From positions 644,501-708,500 of the forward strand of contig JAUPSS010000007.1 in assembly GCA_040285825.1 (NCBI GenBank): a stretch of 64,000 nt of DNA. The letters run 5' to 3'. The DNA comes from Eukaryota sp. TZLM1-RC. Its lineage: Eukaryota; Protista; Metamonada: BaSk clade. Positions within the stretch are counted from its first letter, which is position 1, and the number at the start of each line of letters is the position of its first letter. Below are positions 12,561-24,684 of this stretch, piece after piece. The position numbers were made by a program, and so were the translations under genes. Under the pieces are notes generated by a model. That model was not told the DNA's origin. It searched no databases and saw only the letters and a program-made list of their open reading frames with translations.

Positions 12561-14521
12561 AATGGCAACAGTGTATTTGCATTTTTCACATTTATATAGA
12601 ATTTGAAGGACCTGATCAAATTCGATGATTTCTATTCCAGTGCCGATCTATCGGGATTGAGCTATTATATAATATTTGAACTGCAATGCACCCGTTATTT
12701 GGTTGAACCATAAAAATATCAGCAAAATATAATCAAGAGTACACTTTTGTAACAAATTACTATTTTACAAAATAGAGATCTCGGACATTAATTTGATATT
12801 TGAATACATAGTTAGTTGAGCTTCCTCGAAGTTTGTGATATCAATTTATCCATGTACGATAGATAATAGAACAGATTTTGCGACGAAAATTCGGAATTAG
12901 GATGATGATGCGAGGGCACTGAAGCATCCATCAAGTTTTGTTGCAAAAGTGTCTATTTCACTGGATAAAGATAAATTCCCCTTTTAACACATTCAAAATA
13001 AATATTGACTGTTGGTTTGATGATAAATGAAACATTGTATTTTTTCAAAAAACAGTTTATTCAACAAAATGAGTAAAGAAATGATAACTATTCATACACC
13101 ACTGAATAAAATTTCAATATAAGTAACTCAATCAATAACTAAAATTATTCTTACTAAGATAACTATACGATAGGAGTTATATAACTATAAAGACATGATA
13201 CAAAAATTCATTTTAATATTAGTTTCAATTCTATATTTTTTGAATATCGGAAATTTTGTACTGATGCAATGGATAGAAAACTTGTAGAGTTGGGCAAATT
13301 TTGAATTCCACAATACTTGAAACTTGTAATCAACAACTTCAAGTCGAAAAGCTTTGGAACTTGAAAACTTTTGTGAGAGATAATAGAATAGGTTGCAACT
13401 ATTCAAGAAGATTTCGACAATGCACACACTGATCTAATCTCAACTACTTCTTCATAAGTTCAAGCACATAGCTGCAATCATTGATGAAATTAGATTTAAT
13501 TCGAGGTTGAAAGGAAATTTGTTCAACATGAAAAACACCCAACCACGACTCGATTTTAAATTGTTTGCCAATCCAACTTCACATCTAGCTCAAGTTGAGT
13601 TGGAATCAAGCATTCTTCATCACGAAGGTGAAAATCATCCACAATTGCACGAATATGAATTTCTTTGACCTTTTGTTATGCTTTATGCTCATCACTTATT
13701 GTACTTCTGTTGGCGCCCTAAGGCTTTTAGAAATATAGAAGAAGAAATATATTGGACATGAGTATAGCGAGTAGTCTTCAGAGACATGTGGACTCTCAGC
13801 CTAGGTCAGCTGAATACAAAGCTCCTGACCTATCTGAAAAGGACCCACTCAACAAGATGTCTCTCGTCTCCTTCCTCCTCAAGTTCCAAACATGGGATAA
13901 ATACGGGCGGAAGATAGCTAATAGAAGCTCTCCCATCTCACATCAGAGAAGAAATCGATAGGGACATGCTCATAATTTATTGTACTTCGATTTATCTATT
14001 CAATTATCGTATTCACTTCACATTTTTCTGAAATGCCACTAAGTGGTCTTCTAATTCGGTCTATCAGTAGTTTCAGTTTTTTCATTTTGGGTACTGCAAT
14101 AACAATACGATGTCTACTTTTATGGACTGTCTATGCAAGTACCGTTGCTTATTAATCAAAGCCATTTGTTACATATAGAGAAAAAAAATGACAAGTGGTT
14201 AGTTCGGACCAGAACAGCTCTTGTTCACAAAAACTAACAAACAGAACCAAATGTTTGAGAAAAGTCAAATCAAGTGAGCCAGACAGGTACTCTTTAGAAA
14301 TTGATAAATGTTTTGTTTCAGCAAAACAAAAGTTGAATTCAAAATCATGACAGAACAATGTTAGAATCACTGAACTAAAACTGTGTTGACACGTGTAAAT
14401 GAACAAAAACTAGTTCGGCCGAACGTTCGGAATTCAAAATCATGACAGAGTATATATCTGGTTTACAGTGATTATCAAGACATGCCCTCAATGTGCATCG
14501 TTGATTCTTCTTCAACCGAAC

Positions 14522-16357
14522 ATGAAGGTTCTACTTTTGATTACCCTACTTGTGATGGTTGCTCTTGCCCACAGCAATCACAAATGTACGGTTCAACTCG
14601 ACCACACAGACACACCCACTGTTTGGGCTCCTCATTTAACCTCATCGGCTGAATGGGTAACCCTTTCTTTTCCATCCTGTGGATCAGGAAGGGTGAATGT
14701 AAACCTGGTGTTTGGAACATGTGTTCGAGTGCTACATGCAAAAGGAACAACTGAAGTTCGTTCAGATGGTACAACGCTCGTGCAATTGAATGCCAGAGCT
14801 GATAGCAGCATTAAAATACTCATAGGAGTTTTATGCGATTTCAGTGACGTCACTATTGTAGAAGGTGGTGAAGCTTGTCTTGCTACCCAAAAGCTGTCGA
14901 TTTCTCCGACCGCTGTGAAGAACCCTCTATTCAATTGTATCTCTTATTCAACCACTGAAGTACTTGCTGCCATTTATGCAGCAGCATCTCAAAAAGGACA
15001 ATGGGCACACAAAACTGGTTGGTTCGTTTCCGATCATTTTACAGATTGGTATGCTCAATTCAAGATTGGTGATATTGTAAGTGAGCTTGTATTTCGACTC
15101 ACATTGGTTCGGCTGACATAAGTCCGTTCTGTTTCCATTTCTCACTTCTCACTCCTTTTTTCCACAACTAACTTCAGGTTTGGTGTTGATACTGAAGGGT
15201 ATGGCCGTTCATCCGTCAAGCATTTAACTCTCAAGAAGAATGGTCTCTTTGGTGTTCTCCATCCATCAGTTGGTTGTCTGACAGAGCTGAAATCCTTAGG
15301 GTTAGAGTACAATGACATCTTTGAAATTCCTGTCTCCATTCAACAATTGGAACATTTACAAAACTTGCGCCTCTCAGGAACGCATATCACCAGAGTTCTG
15401 TTCGATTTGTGCTCCCTTGACTCCCTTCAGTACTTATACCTTGACAACACATTATTAAGTGGTACTGTGCCGGTTTGTGAGATTAATCAACGGCTGCCCA
15501 TACATGAATTACATTTTGACTGCACCTTATTGGAGTTTCCATCTGGACCACAACAAAAATTGATTGAGAAGCTGGTGACAGAGGCCAATTTGTTTGAAAT
15601 ACGTTGGAGCTGCGTTCCTAGTTCTGATTGGTGTCCTCCATGGTTCAAAAGCTTGTTTTGTGAAAGACCTTGGTATTCAAATTGCCTTAAAGAGGAGCTT
15701 CTATGCGATCCAAGATTGTGCCAATGTCTACCCCATCCTACACCACTGCCCATTCCCAGCTGTGAGCCACCAGAAGATGAGGTGATTGTTCCCTCTGTTG
15801 ATGTTGTTCCATTTGATATCAAACCAGGTAAGTTCTTCTATTTATGATTCTCATTCCCAGGTTCATGCCCCAATCCCCTCAACTGCAAGTCTCGTGGTGT
15901 TATTCCCACTGCTATTCTTGACATTGGAGACTTGACGATTCACAAGCTTGAACTCTTTGTCCTTGATCCCTCGATGGCTGGTCACAAAACCAAGGAGCTT
16001 CTTGATGCGGAACCAGGCAGAAAAGAAGAAGATGAGGTAGTCCTTACACCTCTGCGCTCCAGCACAGAATTTACTGGCCTTGAGATTTATGACTTGGATA
16101 AACATGACTACTTTGGGGTCGACGAAAAGCAATGTACTTCTCGCAGAGTAAAAAAGGACCATGGAAGAAAGGACTTGGTCATGCATTTTGACACCCAAAC
16201 CGTATGCAAAGCAATTTGCCATTATGTTGAGAAAATCGAGAGAGATGATATTATTGTTTTCCAGATTCGTGTCAATGATGGTGATTTCCGTGGTCTTGAT
16301 CAAATGGTAGCTAGGCAGCCTTATGTTTGCCCAATTGATAGTTCAAAACCTGGTTAA
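14522..16357 (+). CDS. Secreted protein: signal peptide + Cys-containing N-domain + capped LRR + Pro-rich linker + 'DIKPGS' domain; 3 exons (introns 15049-15177 and 15828-15860)
   Basis: Splicing gives GWFVSDHFTDW|FGVD...VKHLTLKKNGLFGVLHPSVGCLTELKSLGLEYN (LRR cap plus LRRs) and FDIKP|GSCPNPLNCKSRGVIPTAIL, in frame to the stop at 16357. Confidence 0.8.
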
Positions 16358-17899
16358 CCAGAACATCCAGATAAGAAATTGTGATAACAATGGTACCAAA
16401 TAGATGTGTTTACTGAGTTCCTTTATGACCAATAAACAAGAATCAGTAATTTGAGATTTTAATAATGTTGTCAAAAAATACTGAGTAATTAGTGCAATAT
16501 TGGTAAAACTATACATAATTGTATCCAAACTGAATGTAGAAAATAATACAAATTATTATACAGCTATTTAAATAGTTTATCAAAGTTAACAGAATTAACA
16601 AAATATCAAATGATCAAAAGATTCATTGTGGACAAATGTAGAGTAACAAATTCCAATTATTGGCCATTGAACATGATTGTGTTCAAAGGCTTGTGAATTG
16701 TACATCTTCATTTTAACACAAAATAATGTTGAATGCACTGCAAAACTGATGTTGCCTGAACAGATGCAGACATGAACACTGATAAAGCTCTCTATCACTG
16801 GTCGCTTCTCCTTGACTGCCTTGACTTCTTTATGAATGGTCAGAAATACACTGGGATGACAAACTCTTAGTGGCTATGATGGATAATGATGAAGAATGCT
16901 TTTGCCATGGTGTCAGAAACCATTGTCAAATTTGGGCAAAGAATTTGATTCTGTATTAGGAGTATTTATCCAATTTATGCTGCCGTTTGAAACACAACTA
17001 TAAACAGTACGTTAAATAAATCAAGATTATATTGGCATGAACGCTTTCTTCAATATTAGTTATCACAAAACTAGTGACTATAGGTTAACGTCGATTGACA
17101 ATCATTGTTTGCGCAATTCTGAAATGAAAAATAGAACAAGGAATATGCAGAACCTAGTAAGAGAAGTCTCACCTAGTTTTAATTATCGCCTCCACTCATG
17201 TGAGAAGAAAATTGACCCAATAATTCGGGTTACTGTTTGACTTACAAATCAATATTTATTTGGGTTTAGTAGACGCATAAATACCCAAAAACTCTCGAAA
17301 AATGCGAAAAATCTTGTTGTTACCCGTCTCATAAGCTCCATCTTGCAGAAAATTCAAAACAATGCGAACACTGCAATAATAAAACTGTTTCGAATTCTAT
17401 GACTTCCGCAACTGCTCATCAAAATATTTAGAATTGAATTTGCCCCCAAAAGTGAGTGTACGGCAAACAACAATGATACAATAGCTTTGAATTGTTACAA
17501 TGAAACACTATAGATCATTGTACTGTTTGTAATCACAAGCTGAAAAATTATTTTTCATAAATAATTTATTTATTTCGCCTGTTTGCGCTTCGCTTGATAC
17601 TGTACATTCCTGTAAGACTCCGAATCTTCTTCGTCGAAAAGCATCCATACTAGTTTATGTTGTCTTTAATTTTTGTTTAAGTTTTGATCATATATATATA
17701 ACATTACTGGCCAAATCTGTCCAAAATTAATTCATACTTTTACGACAATAAGCCTCAGAATCCAGAATTCTGCAATGTTTTCCCTGACTTTTCAGACAGT
17801 TAGGAACAAACAGTTATCACTCCACTTAAACAAATATACCAGAAATAAACTGTGCGAAAATGATTATCACGTGGAAGAGGAATTTCTGGAAAAAAAATG

Positions 17900-18247
17900 C
17901 TCTTTTCTCTTCCGGACTTGCGGCTGTTACTGATGAAACTGTGAATCAATTGGTTAATTTATATCCAGCTGAAGCTCTCAAGTTTGAAAAACCATATGCC
18001 TCACAATTTGGGAAACAAAATCCTCTTTCTGTAAAAGCCGTTGAAGCTGCAATTTTGCGTCTTCCATCCAGAAAAGCTCCAGGTCCATCTGGAATTACTT
18101 TTGATATGCTGAAATCCGTAGGCCGTCAAAATTCCTTCAATATTAAAGAATTATGTTCCCTTCTTCAACATTCTTTTATACTGAAAATTCTTACACCCAA
18201 AAAATCAAGTACATTTCGCTTAGTGGCTTTAACTAAACCCAATGGAT
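17900..18247 (+). mobile_element. Internal fragment of a non-LTR reverse transcriptase (start of RT, CRE-like)
   Basis: GLAAVTDETVNQLVNLYP...AILRLPSRKAPGPSGITFDMLK...RLVALTKPNG matches the motifs at the start of the RT domain; homology is lost after KPNG. Confidence 0.75.
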
Positions 18248-18469
18248 CAGTTGAAGTATTTTTCGTTTTGAACAATGTTGTATTAATCTTGGCTAACTCT
18301 GCTGTTATCAATACTAGTTCCATTAAAAAAGACGTTTTAATGGGATGTATACTTTTTTGAATAGAAATACTTGAATCTTGATCTTGAAAGTTGAAGTTTG
18401 AATTTTTGATTCTATAGATTGCTTACCAACGTTTTCAAGTTCCTGTTGCAACTCTACCCTCGACAATTA

Positions 18470-20398
18470 ATGTCACTCGATCTCCAGTCTGTCTACTCCG
18501 ATTGGAAGCGTTCACTTCTCCATCCTACGGGTTTATTGTTCTCATCTCATCCTGGCAAGGTGTTCACCCACTTCTGGAAATGCAAAACCAAAGGGTTGAT
18601 GAAGTCGATTGCACACAGATTGGCTGTGTTTCTTATATGCCTTCTCGTCATTTCTCTACAGAATTCGTTCGATCTGTTGTTTTCCAATCTTTCTATCTTT
18701 ACATTGTTTTTGATTTGCTGTTACTTCGTTTGCAAATACAGTGGTCAAATCTTTGGCTACCTCAAAAATACCATTTACCATTCTCCCGTTATCTTCATTT
18801 TGGCTTTTTGCAGTCTTTTTCAGATCAAAGTCATTGTTTCCTTCTTATGGGCTGTCATTGTTTGTCTAATTGAACTAGCCCTGATAACCAGCTCCTACCT
18901 CTTTGTATTTAAACGTGTTATTTGCATATTACACCTTCAAAAAGTTTTAAAAACGCTCCCACAAAAGATTAGGTGGAAAGATTCAGCTTTAACTGTTGGT
19001 AAAGTTCAGTTGACGGAGGAGGAATGCCTTTTGTTACTGGAAGCAGTTAAAAGGAACTCTGTTCAGTCACTTGATCTTTCTGGTACTCAACTCTCTAGCA
19101 GTTTCTACTCTGCTATTAAGGATGTTTTGGTTGATAGTGAGTTCCTGGGGTCTCTTCAACTATCAGGTTCTGGAGTGAGTCTTCAGAACTTAGCAGATCT
19201 GACACAAGGAATGGCAAAGTGTCAATCACTCACTAGGCTGGATCTTTCAAGCAACAAACTTGGACCAAAAGGTGCTGAACAGCTTGCCAGAGTGCTTATC
19301 AATCAGAACAACATTGAGGAGATTGCATTGTCGAGAAATAGCTTTAAAGATAAAGGAGTGGGAGTCTTCTCCGATGTGTTTCGTCACTGTACATCTTTGA
19401 AGAAGGCTATTTTATGGTGCAATGATTTTGGTCTTGATGGTGCTCGCATGCTTTGCTCCTCTCTATTCGACAACACCAACCTTATTGAGTTGGATGTAGC
19501 TAATAATATGATTGGAGTGACTAAGGGTGACTGCAATGGGATATCTTTTGTTGCAGACCTCATCAAAAGAAATAAAGCTTTGGAATTGTTGGATTTGTCT
19601 GGGAATAAGATTGACACAAGAGGTTTTAAATTGTTGCTCAAAGCGCTATCTTTTAATACCACATTGAAAGTAATCAAGCTCGCCAGAAATAACTTTTTTG
19701 TCCAACATAACGGGATTGTCATTAATCGAATCGTTATTGTTATCAAATCACCAATTTCCAAGGAGCCTAATCGTTTTGTTGTTGTTTCTCTTACTGATGA
19801 AGATAATCAAGCATTAGATCTAATTGAGATGGAGAATGCAGTGTTTGATCCCCAGACTGGTGGTTATTATGTGATTTACACAAGAGAAGATGGTAAAATA
19901 CATTGTGATCAGTGTTCAGGGTTTGATCGCATTCTTCTCGATGGAGAGAATCTGTCAGTAAAGCCAACCCCTAATGTAGCTCAAGCTGATCCCTCACTGC
20001 ATATCGTCAGTGGATCAGAGACTGAATGTGATATTTGTTATGGAACCGCAAATGAACCAATAAGACTCACTTGTGGACATAACGTCTGTACATTACAATG
20101 CTTAGTGTCATGGGTTAAGAAGAGTTCTTCCTGTCCTTCTTGCCATTCCGTCATTCATGGCGTAATTGCTTCACATTCACTAAAAACCGTTGAAGGAAGG
20201 ATAGCAGATGTTCTCGAAGCTGATATTGTGACCTTTGATTTCGACACTGGCAATTACTTTGTTTTCTTTATGGGAAATGATGCTGGAACACGCTATGAAG
20301 AAGCTTTCCTTGCTGATGATACGTACTGCTGGGGTGCCAATCTTTCAATAAAATCTTATGTCAAGGATGAACCTTCTTGCGAGCTGTGTAGAAGGTGA
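18470..20398 (+). CDS. Multi-TM + RI-like LRR + C3HC4 RING protein (putative membrane E3 ligase)
   Basis: About four hydrophobic segments at the N-terminus; LRRs such as LTRLDLSSNKLGPKGAEQLA; RING CDIC...CGHNVCTLQC...CPSC. First ATG at 18470. Confidence 0.85.
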   Translation: MSLDLQSVYSDWKRSLLHPTGLLFSSHPGKVFTHFWKCKTKGLMKSIAHRLAVFLICLLVISLQNSFDLLFSNLSIFTLFLICCYFVCKYSGQIFGYLKNTIYHSPVIFILAFCSLFQIKVIVSFLWAVIVCLIELALITSSYLFVFKRVICILHLQKVLKTLPQKIRWKDSALTVGKVQLTEEECLLLLEAVKRNSVQSLDLSGTQLSSSFYSAIKDVLVDSEFLGSLQLSGSGVSLQNLADLTQGMAKCQSLTRLDLSSNKLGPKGAEQLARVLINQNNIEEIALSRNSFKDKGVGVFSDVFRHCTSLKKAILWCNDFGLDGARMLCSSLFDNTNLIELDVANNMIGVTKGDCNGISFVADLIKRNKALELLDLSGNKIDTRGFKLLLKALSFNTTLKVIKLARNNFFVQHNGIVINRIVIVIKSPISKEPNRFVVVSLTDEDNQALDLIEMENAVFDPQTGGYYVIYTREDGKIHCDQCSGFDRILLDGENLSVKPTPNVAQADPSLHIVSGSETECDICYGTANEPIRLTCGHNVCTLQCLVSWVKKSSSCPSCHSVIHGVIASHSLKTVEGRIADVLEADIVTFDFDTGNYFVFFMGNDAGTRYEEAFLADDTYCWGANLSIKSYVKDEPSCELCRR

Positions 20399-21068
20399 TT
20401 TTGTATTTTATTCATATTTAGTGTTGCGAGTTACCTTATTACTGTAGCACCCTGTCGCACCCTGAGCTTTTGGGTGTGATTGAACCCAAAAATGAACACC
20501 AAACTCGGCAACGCTGTTGATTTTCAAGAAATAGAACGATAAATTAGCGTTTAGTGTAGTCTATTGTTGAAGATATGAATAATTTCAAATGGTATTGAAC
20601 AAATCGAAATTCGTTATCAAAATAGTGCAAGTATTGACAAAAAATACAAGAAGCAGTGATTAAATGAATCAATAATGGGTGCTCTAAATGATGTTGCCAA
20701 TATTGATGTTTTAATAGGTGCAGCCCATTTCAAAAAATTGTTTTGTAATAAAGGACACATAGGGAACTAATTTGAATGATTTAGCATTGATGATAGTGAT
20801 CTCAAAATCTTTGCTTGTTTTACCAAAATGTCAACTCACCAAATTCACACAAACTCATAGTCAATTAGCAAAACATTTATTGCTTTGAGAGAAATGTTCC
20901 CAATTCCAAACTAAAATAAACAACTGAAAACACTATTTTTAATTACCCTCAACAATATCACCGTATTGTTTATGAAAGAAAAAAGAAAAATGATCATATT
21001 TTAATATGAATAATACACTAAAAAACTATTGCAAAAACTAAAAATAAATAAACTAAATAAATCAAAAA

Positions 21069-22862
21069 CTAAAGCTGGCTAATTTTCTTCTTTCTGTTAT
21101 TCTTGACTACTGCCCTCTTTGCTGATTTTACCTGATTTTTAAACTTTTTCTCTTCCCTAACTTCCTTTCTTGCCTTTTTCAACTTATCATCCCCCTTGGA
21201 ACGTCTCTTTTTCCCTGCATCACCTCCTTTTCCCTTACCTTTACCACCAACGGAGTCACCTGCATCATCAGTATTACGTTTTTTAATAAAAGATCTCTTT
21301 GGCCTTGATTTAATTTCTTCCTCGTATTTAATCAAATTTTCAACTTTCTGAGCTTCCATTTCGGCTTTCCTCAGTTCTGCATCAGCTCTTTCCTCCTTCA
21401 GCTTGGCTATCACGTCACCACGAACGTCATCAATCATTTTTTCCGCCTCTTCAAGTTTGTTTTGGGGAACTACCCGCTCTTTTAGCGAACCAGAATGCTT
21501 TTTTACCATTTTTATAAAAGCTTTATCATTAGAATTAAAAAATGAAACAGATTTTCCACCTTCACCCGCCCTTGCGGTTCTTCCAACTCTATGTACATAA
21601 GTACTATGATCTCTTGGTAACTCCATATTAATGACGTTACGGACTGAGTTGATATCTAACCCCCTGGCTGCCACATCAGTTGCAATCATAACGTCATGGT
21701 TGCCAGTCGCGAAATCGGAAAGTGACTGTAATCGTTGAGTTTGGGTAAGATCACTATGAATTTCGGTTGCTTTAACTCCCAAAGTTTGCAACAAAATTGT
21801 TAATTTGTGGCAAAGAGATTTCCTTGGGGCAAAAATGAGAGTGTTTTTGCTAAATTCAGAAGAATGTAATAGTAAATAAACCACTAGAGTAATTTTTTCA
21901 TCCCAATTGGTACCAACTTTAATAAATTCTTGAACCAAATATTTGGCGGTTGACAAGTTGGGATCAACTGAAATAGAAAGAGGATCATTCAACGAAATTT
22001 TGGCTAAATTACGAACTTCTTTACCCAAAGTGGCCGAAAACATGAGCGTTTGTCTACTTTTTGGACAACAATTGATCAAATGATCAATTTCATCCTTGAA
22101 TCCAATCGAAAGTAACCGGTCAGCTTCATCAAAAACGGCAACCTCAATCGTGCCCAGTTCAAAACTAGGTGTGTTTTCCAAATGATCAATTAACCGTCCT
22201 GGAGTTGCTATAATCACATCAGGTTGGTTTTTTAAATCTGCAGCTTGCTTTTGCAGAGAAATGCCACCAATAAGTGAGCAAACAGCTGGGGTTGATGTCC
22301 CAGGTTCGAGTCTGAGCGACTCCAAAAAATTACGAAAGACAGTTTCAATTTGAACTGCCAATTCTCTAGTAGGTGTAACTATTAGCACTCGCAAGCAGTA
22401 AGTTCGACCTCCAAGTCGTAGTAATCGTTCGATAATAGGGATAAGAAAGGCAGCAGTTTTACCTGAACCAGTGACAGCTGAGGCCAAGACGTCCTTTCCT
22501 TGGAGTATCGGAAGAATGGTTTGCTGTTGGACGGGTGTTGGAGACGTCCAACCGAGGTTAGAGATGGATTTGAGGAGGGGTCGTGAGATGGGAAGATCGG
22601 AGAAGAGCTTGGTGGATGAGGAAGGTTGAAAGGTGTCTTCAGGTGAGTCGGATTCAACGTCTTGGGGATGAATATCAGAAGCTTCGTCAGCTGAAGGATA
22701 AGAAGCGATGTGATCTGATGTATGTTGAGGTTGTGGAGCTGGGGAAGATTCTGGAGGAATGAAACGAGGAGCAGAAGGGGAACTATGTCCACAATCCATA
22801 TCATCATTATCAAAGAACTCATTGAGGCCAGACTCGAGTTCAAAGCCTTCAGAGTCACTCAT
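21069..22862 (-). CDS. DDX27: DEAD-box RNA helicase DDX27/DRS1
   Basis: LSRPLLK-like Q-motif region, AVTGSGKT, PTRELA, DEAD, SAT, HRVGRTARAG, and the DRS1-type tail EEIKSRPKRSF. Confidence 0.9.
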   Translation of the reverse strand: MSDSEGFELESGLNEFFDNDDMDCGHSSPSAPRFIPPESSPAPQPQHTSDHIASYPSADEASDIHPQDVESDSPEDTFQPSSSTKLFSDLPISRPLLKSISNLGWTSPTPVQQQTILPILQGKDVLASAVTGSGKTAAFLIPIIERLLRLGGRTYCLRVLIVTPTRELAVQIETVFRNFLESLRLEPGTSTPAVCSLIGGISLQKQAADLKNQPDVIIATPGRLIDHLENTPSFELGTIEVAVFDEADRLLSIGFKDEIDHLINCCPKSRQTLMFSATLGKEVRNLAKISLNDPLSISVDPNLSTAKYLVQEFIKVGTNWDEKITLVVYLLLHSSEFSKNTLIFAPRKSLCHKLTILLQTLGVKATEIHSDLTQTQRLQSLSDFATGNHDVMIATDVAARGLDINSVRNVINMELPRDHSTYVHRVGRTARAGEGGKSVSFFNSNDKAFIKMVKKHSGSLKERVVPQNKLEEAEKMIDDVRGDVIAKLKEERADAELRKAEMEAQKVENLIKYEEEIKSRPKRSFIKKRNTDDAGDSVGGKGKGKGGDAGKKRRSKGDDKLKKARKEVREEKKFKNQVKSAKRAVVKNNRKKKISQL

Positions 22863-23665
22863 TGATGGTTATTGGGGAAGACTGATTGAAAAAGCCTCCA
22901 ATCATTTGGTTTTTCTATCATCCCAAATGCTTCTTCAAATGTTCCACTTGGATCCGTAGGTTTGACGACATTTTTAATGGTCCAGCCTTCGTACAGATAC
23001 ATACACATGATGAATGTCCCCTAAAACTTGTTGCTTTGTGAAAACTTGTTGTTCACTCCTCTTCAGATTTTGAACTTTTCAGATTATGGCTTGATCATGC
23101 ACGCTGATGCTCTTCTCCGTCATTGCCTGGTCAACGCAACCCTCACCTTCCTTAATCTCATCATTAATCAACAGCTGTCAACATCGTCGTCACCACTCTT
23201 GTATTGACCATCATAATAATTCTCCTTTTCCCCACCTCAGTACTCGACCTGAAACTTTGAAACTGTTCTTTCAACTTCAAGTATTGAATCAAATGAACCA
23301 CTGGTCAGTCATGAAGGAAAGGGAAAATCTGGAATTCTTGCCCTCCCCCTAGTTTCAATTTTGACCAAGGTTTACTTGAGGTGCATCCAAGGAGAATCAT
23401 CAATTCCTCATCAACATTTTCAATTAATTTCATTGTTGATTATTGGAACCTAATCTAACACAGAAGAATGTTGTTTACAACACAAAACTCATATATTTAT
23501 TAGGAAACTAATTGATTAAACTAAATTAAGAAACTCGCATTATTCAATTGCTATTCATGAGCTCTATTCACGAGAATTTATCTTGGCAAGACAATTTCTA
23601 AATTCAAACTTAAATTCTTAACCCCTTTCAAATCTTGCATTCTTAGCTTCATTTTCTTATCTTGA

Positions 23666-23915
23666 ATGGCTGGCCGTGACAATTGTCTCTCGGGACAACG
23701 TTCTTGGAATAACCAAGCCTGCTATTCGCCGTGGTGGTGTTCTGCTCTTATCTATCCACACTGTTCTCCGTGAACACGTGTTCCTCAGGAGCACTCTCAC
23801 TGATGCTGTTACTTATTGTGTCCTTCTTACTTATGTCAGAAGGAAGACCGTAACTGCCATGGATGTTGTCTATGCTTTAAAACGTCAGGGGCTTGTTTTG
23901 TATTGTTTCGGTGTT
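23666..23915 (+). pseudogene. Histone H4 pseudogene
   Basis: ATG GCT GGC CGT then a frameshifting deletion. [19 protein letters not shown] and [18 protein letters not shown] remain; most of the N-tail and LARR are deleted. Confidence 0.85.
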
Positions 23916-24684
23916 TGTTTCGGTTTTTTTTATAAATTTTGTTTTTCTTTATCTTTTACTTATGCTTAAAGTTATTTTTTCATGCAAATTGCCAGAGATG
24001 GGTTTATATTTGAAATTTGACTGTAGAATTGCTGCATTTATTCCAATAAATTGAAGAGTAAATATTACAATTGTCATAAGTGAAGGGGTGCTCCATTGCA
24101 AGACCTACAAATGCCTTCTTTTGTGTCCTCTGGGTATTTAAAAAAATATTGAAATTGAAAAAAGGCTCTTATTTGAATTTTTCCCGTCAATATTATCCAC
24201 TTCTCCAAGTATCTTGTCCTTCTATTTTTTTTGAATGATCAATTTTTCATCATCAATCATTACAATAGGGCCTTTGATTTTGATTAATAATTTTTCTTGA
24301 TTAACTACACTTCAAACAAATATTACACTTCACACACATTCTATTGATTATATAAAACATGTTGATGAGATGATTAGTTATGATTATTGTTCATCTCCAT
24401 TGAGCAATTATTAAATTCTTTAAAGTTGGATGGTGCAATATTATCAAATTATCGCAATTTGACTAATAACTATAGAAAATCAAGAAATGATCCTTAAATG
24501 CTTTGTATTATAAGTCTTATACTTACAAGAAGCTATTGATCAAAAAACATGGTGATATGATAGAAAACTAACAGTGCGCTTAATCAATTGTTTGAATAAG
24601 TATTCCAAATACCATAAAATGTTATAATGTTTTATAAAAAAGGAAAAAAAAGAAAAAAAAAGAGAAATAGTATTTACAAAACAA

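Noticed and set aside
12900-12930. TGATGA...CTGA hairpin resembling a C/D box motif
   Set aside because: Too short for a snoRNA; may be decayed coding sequence.
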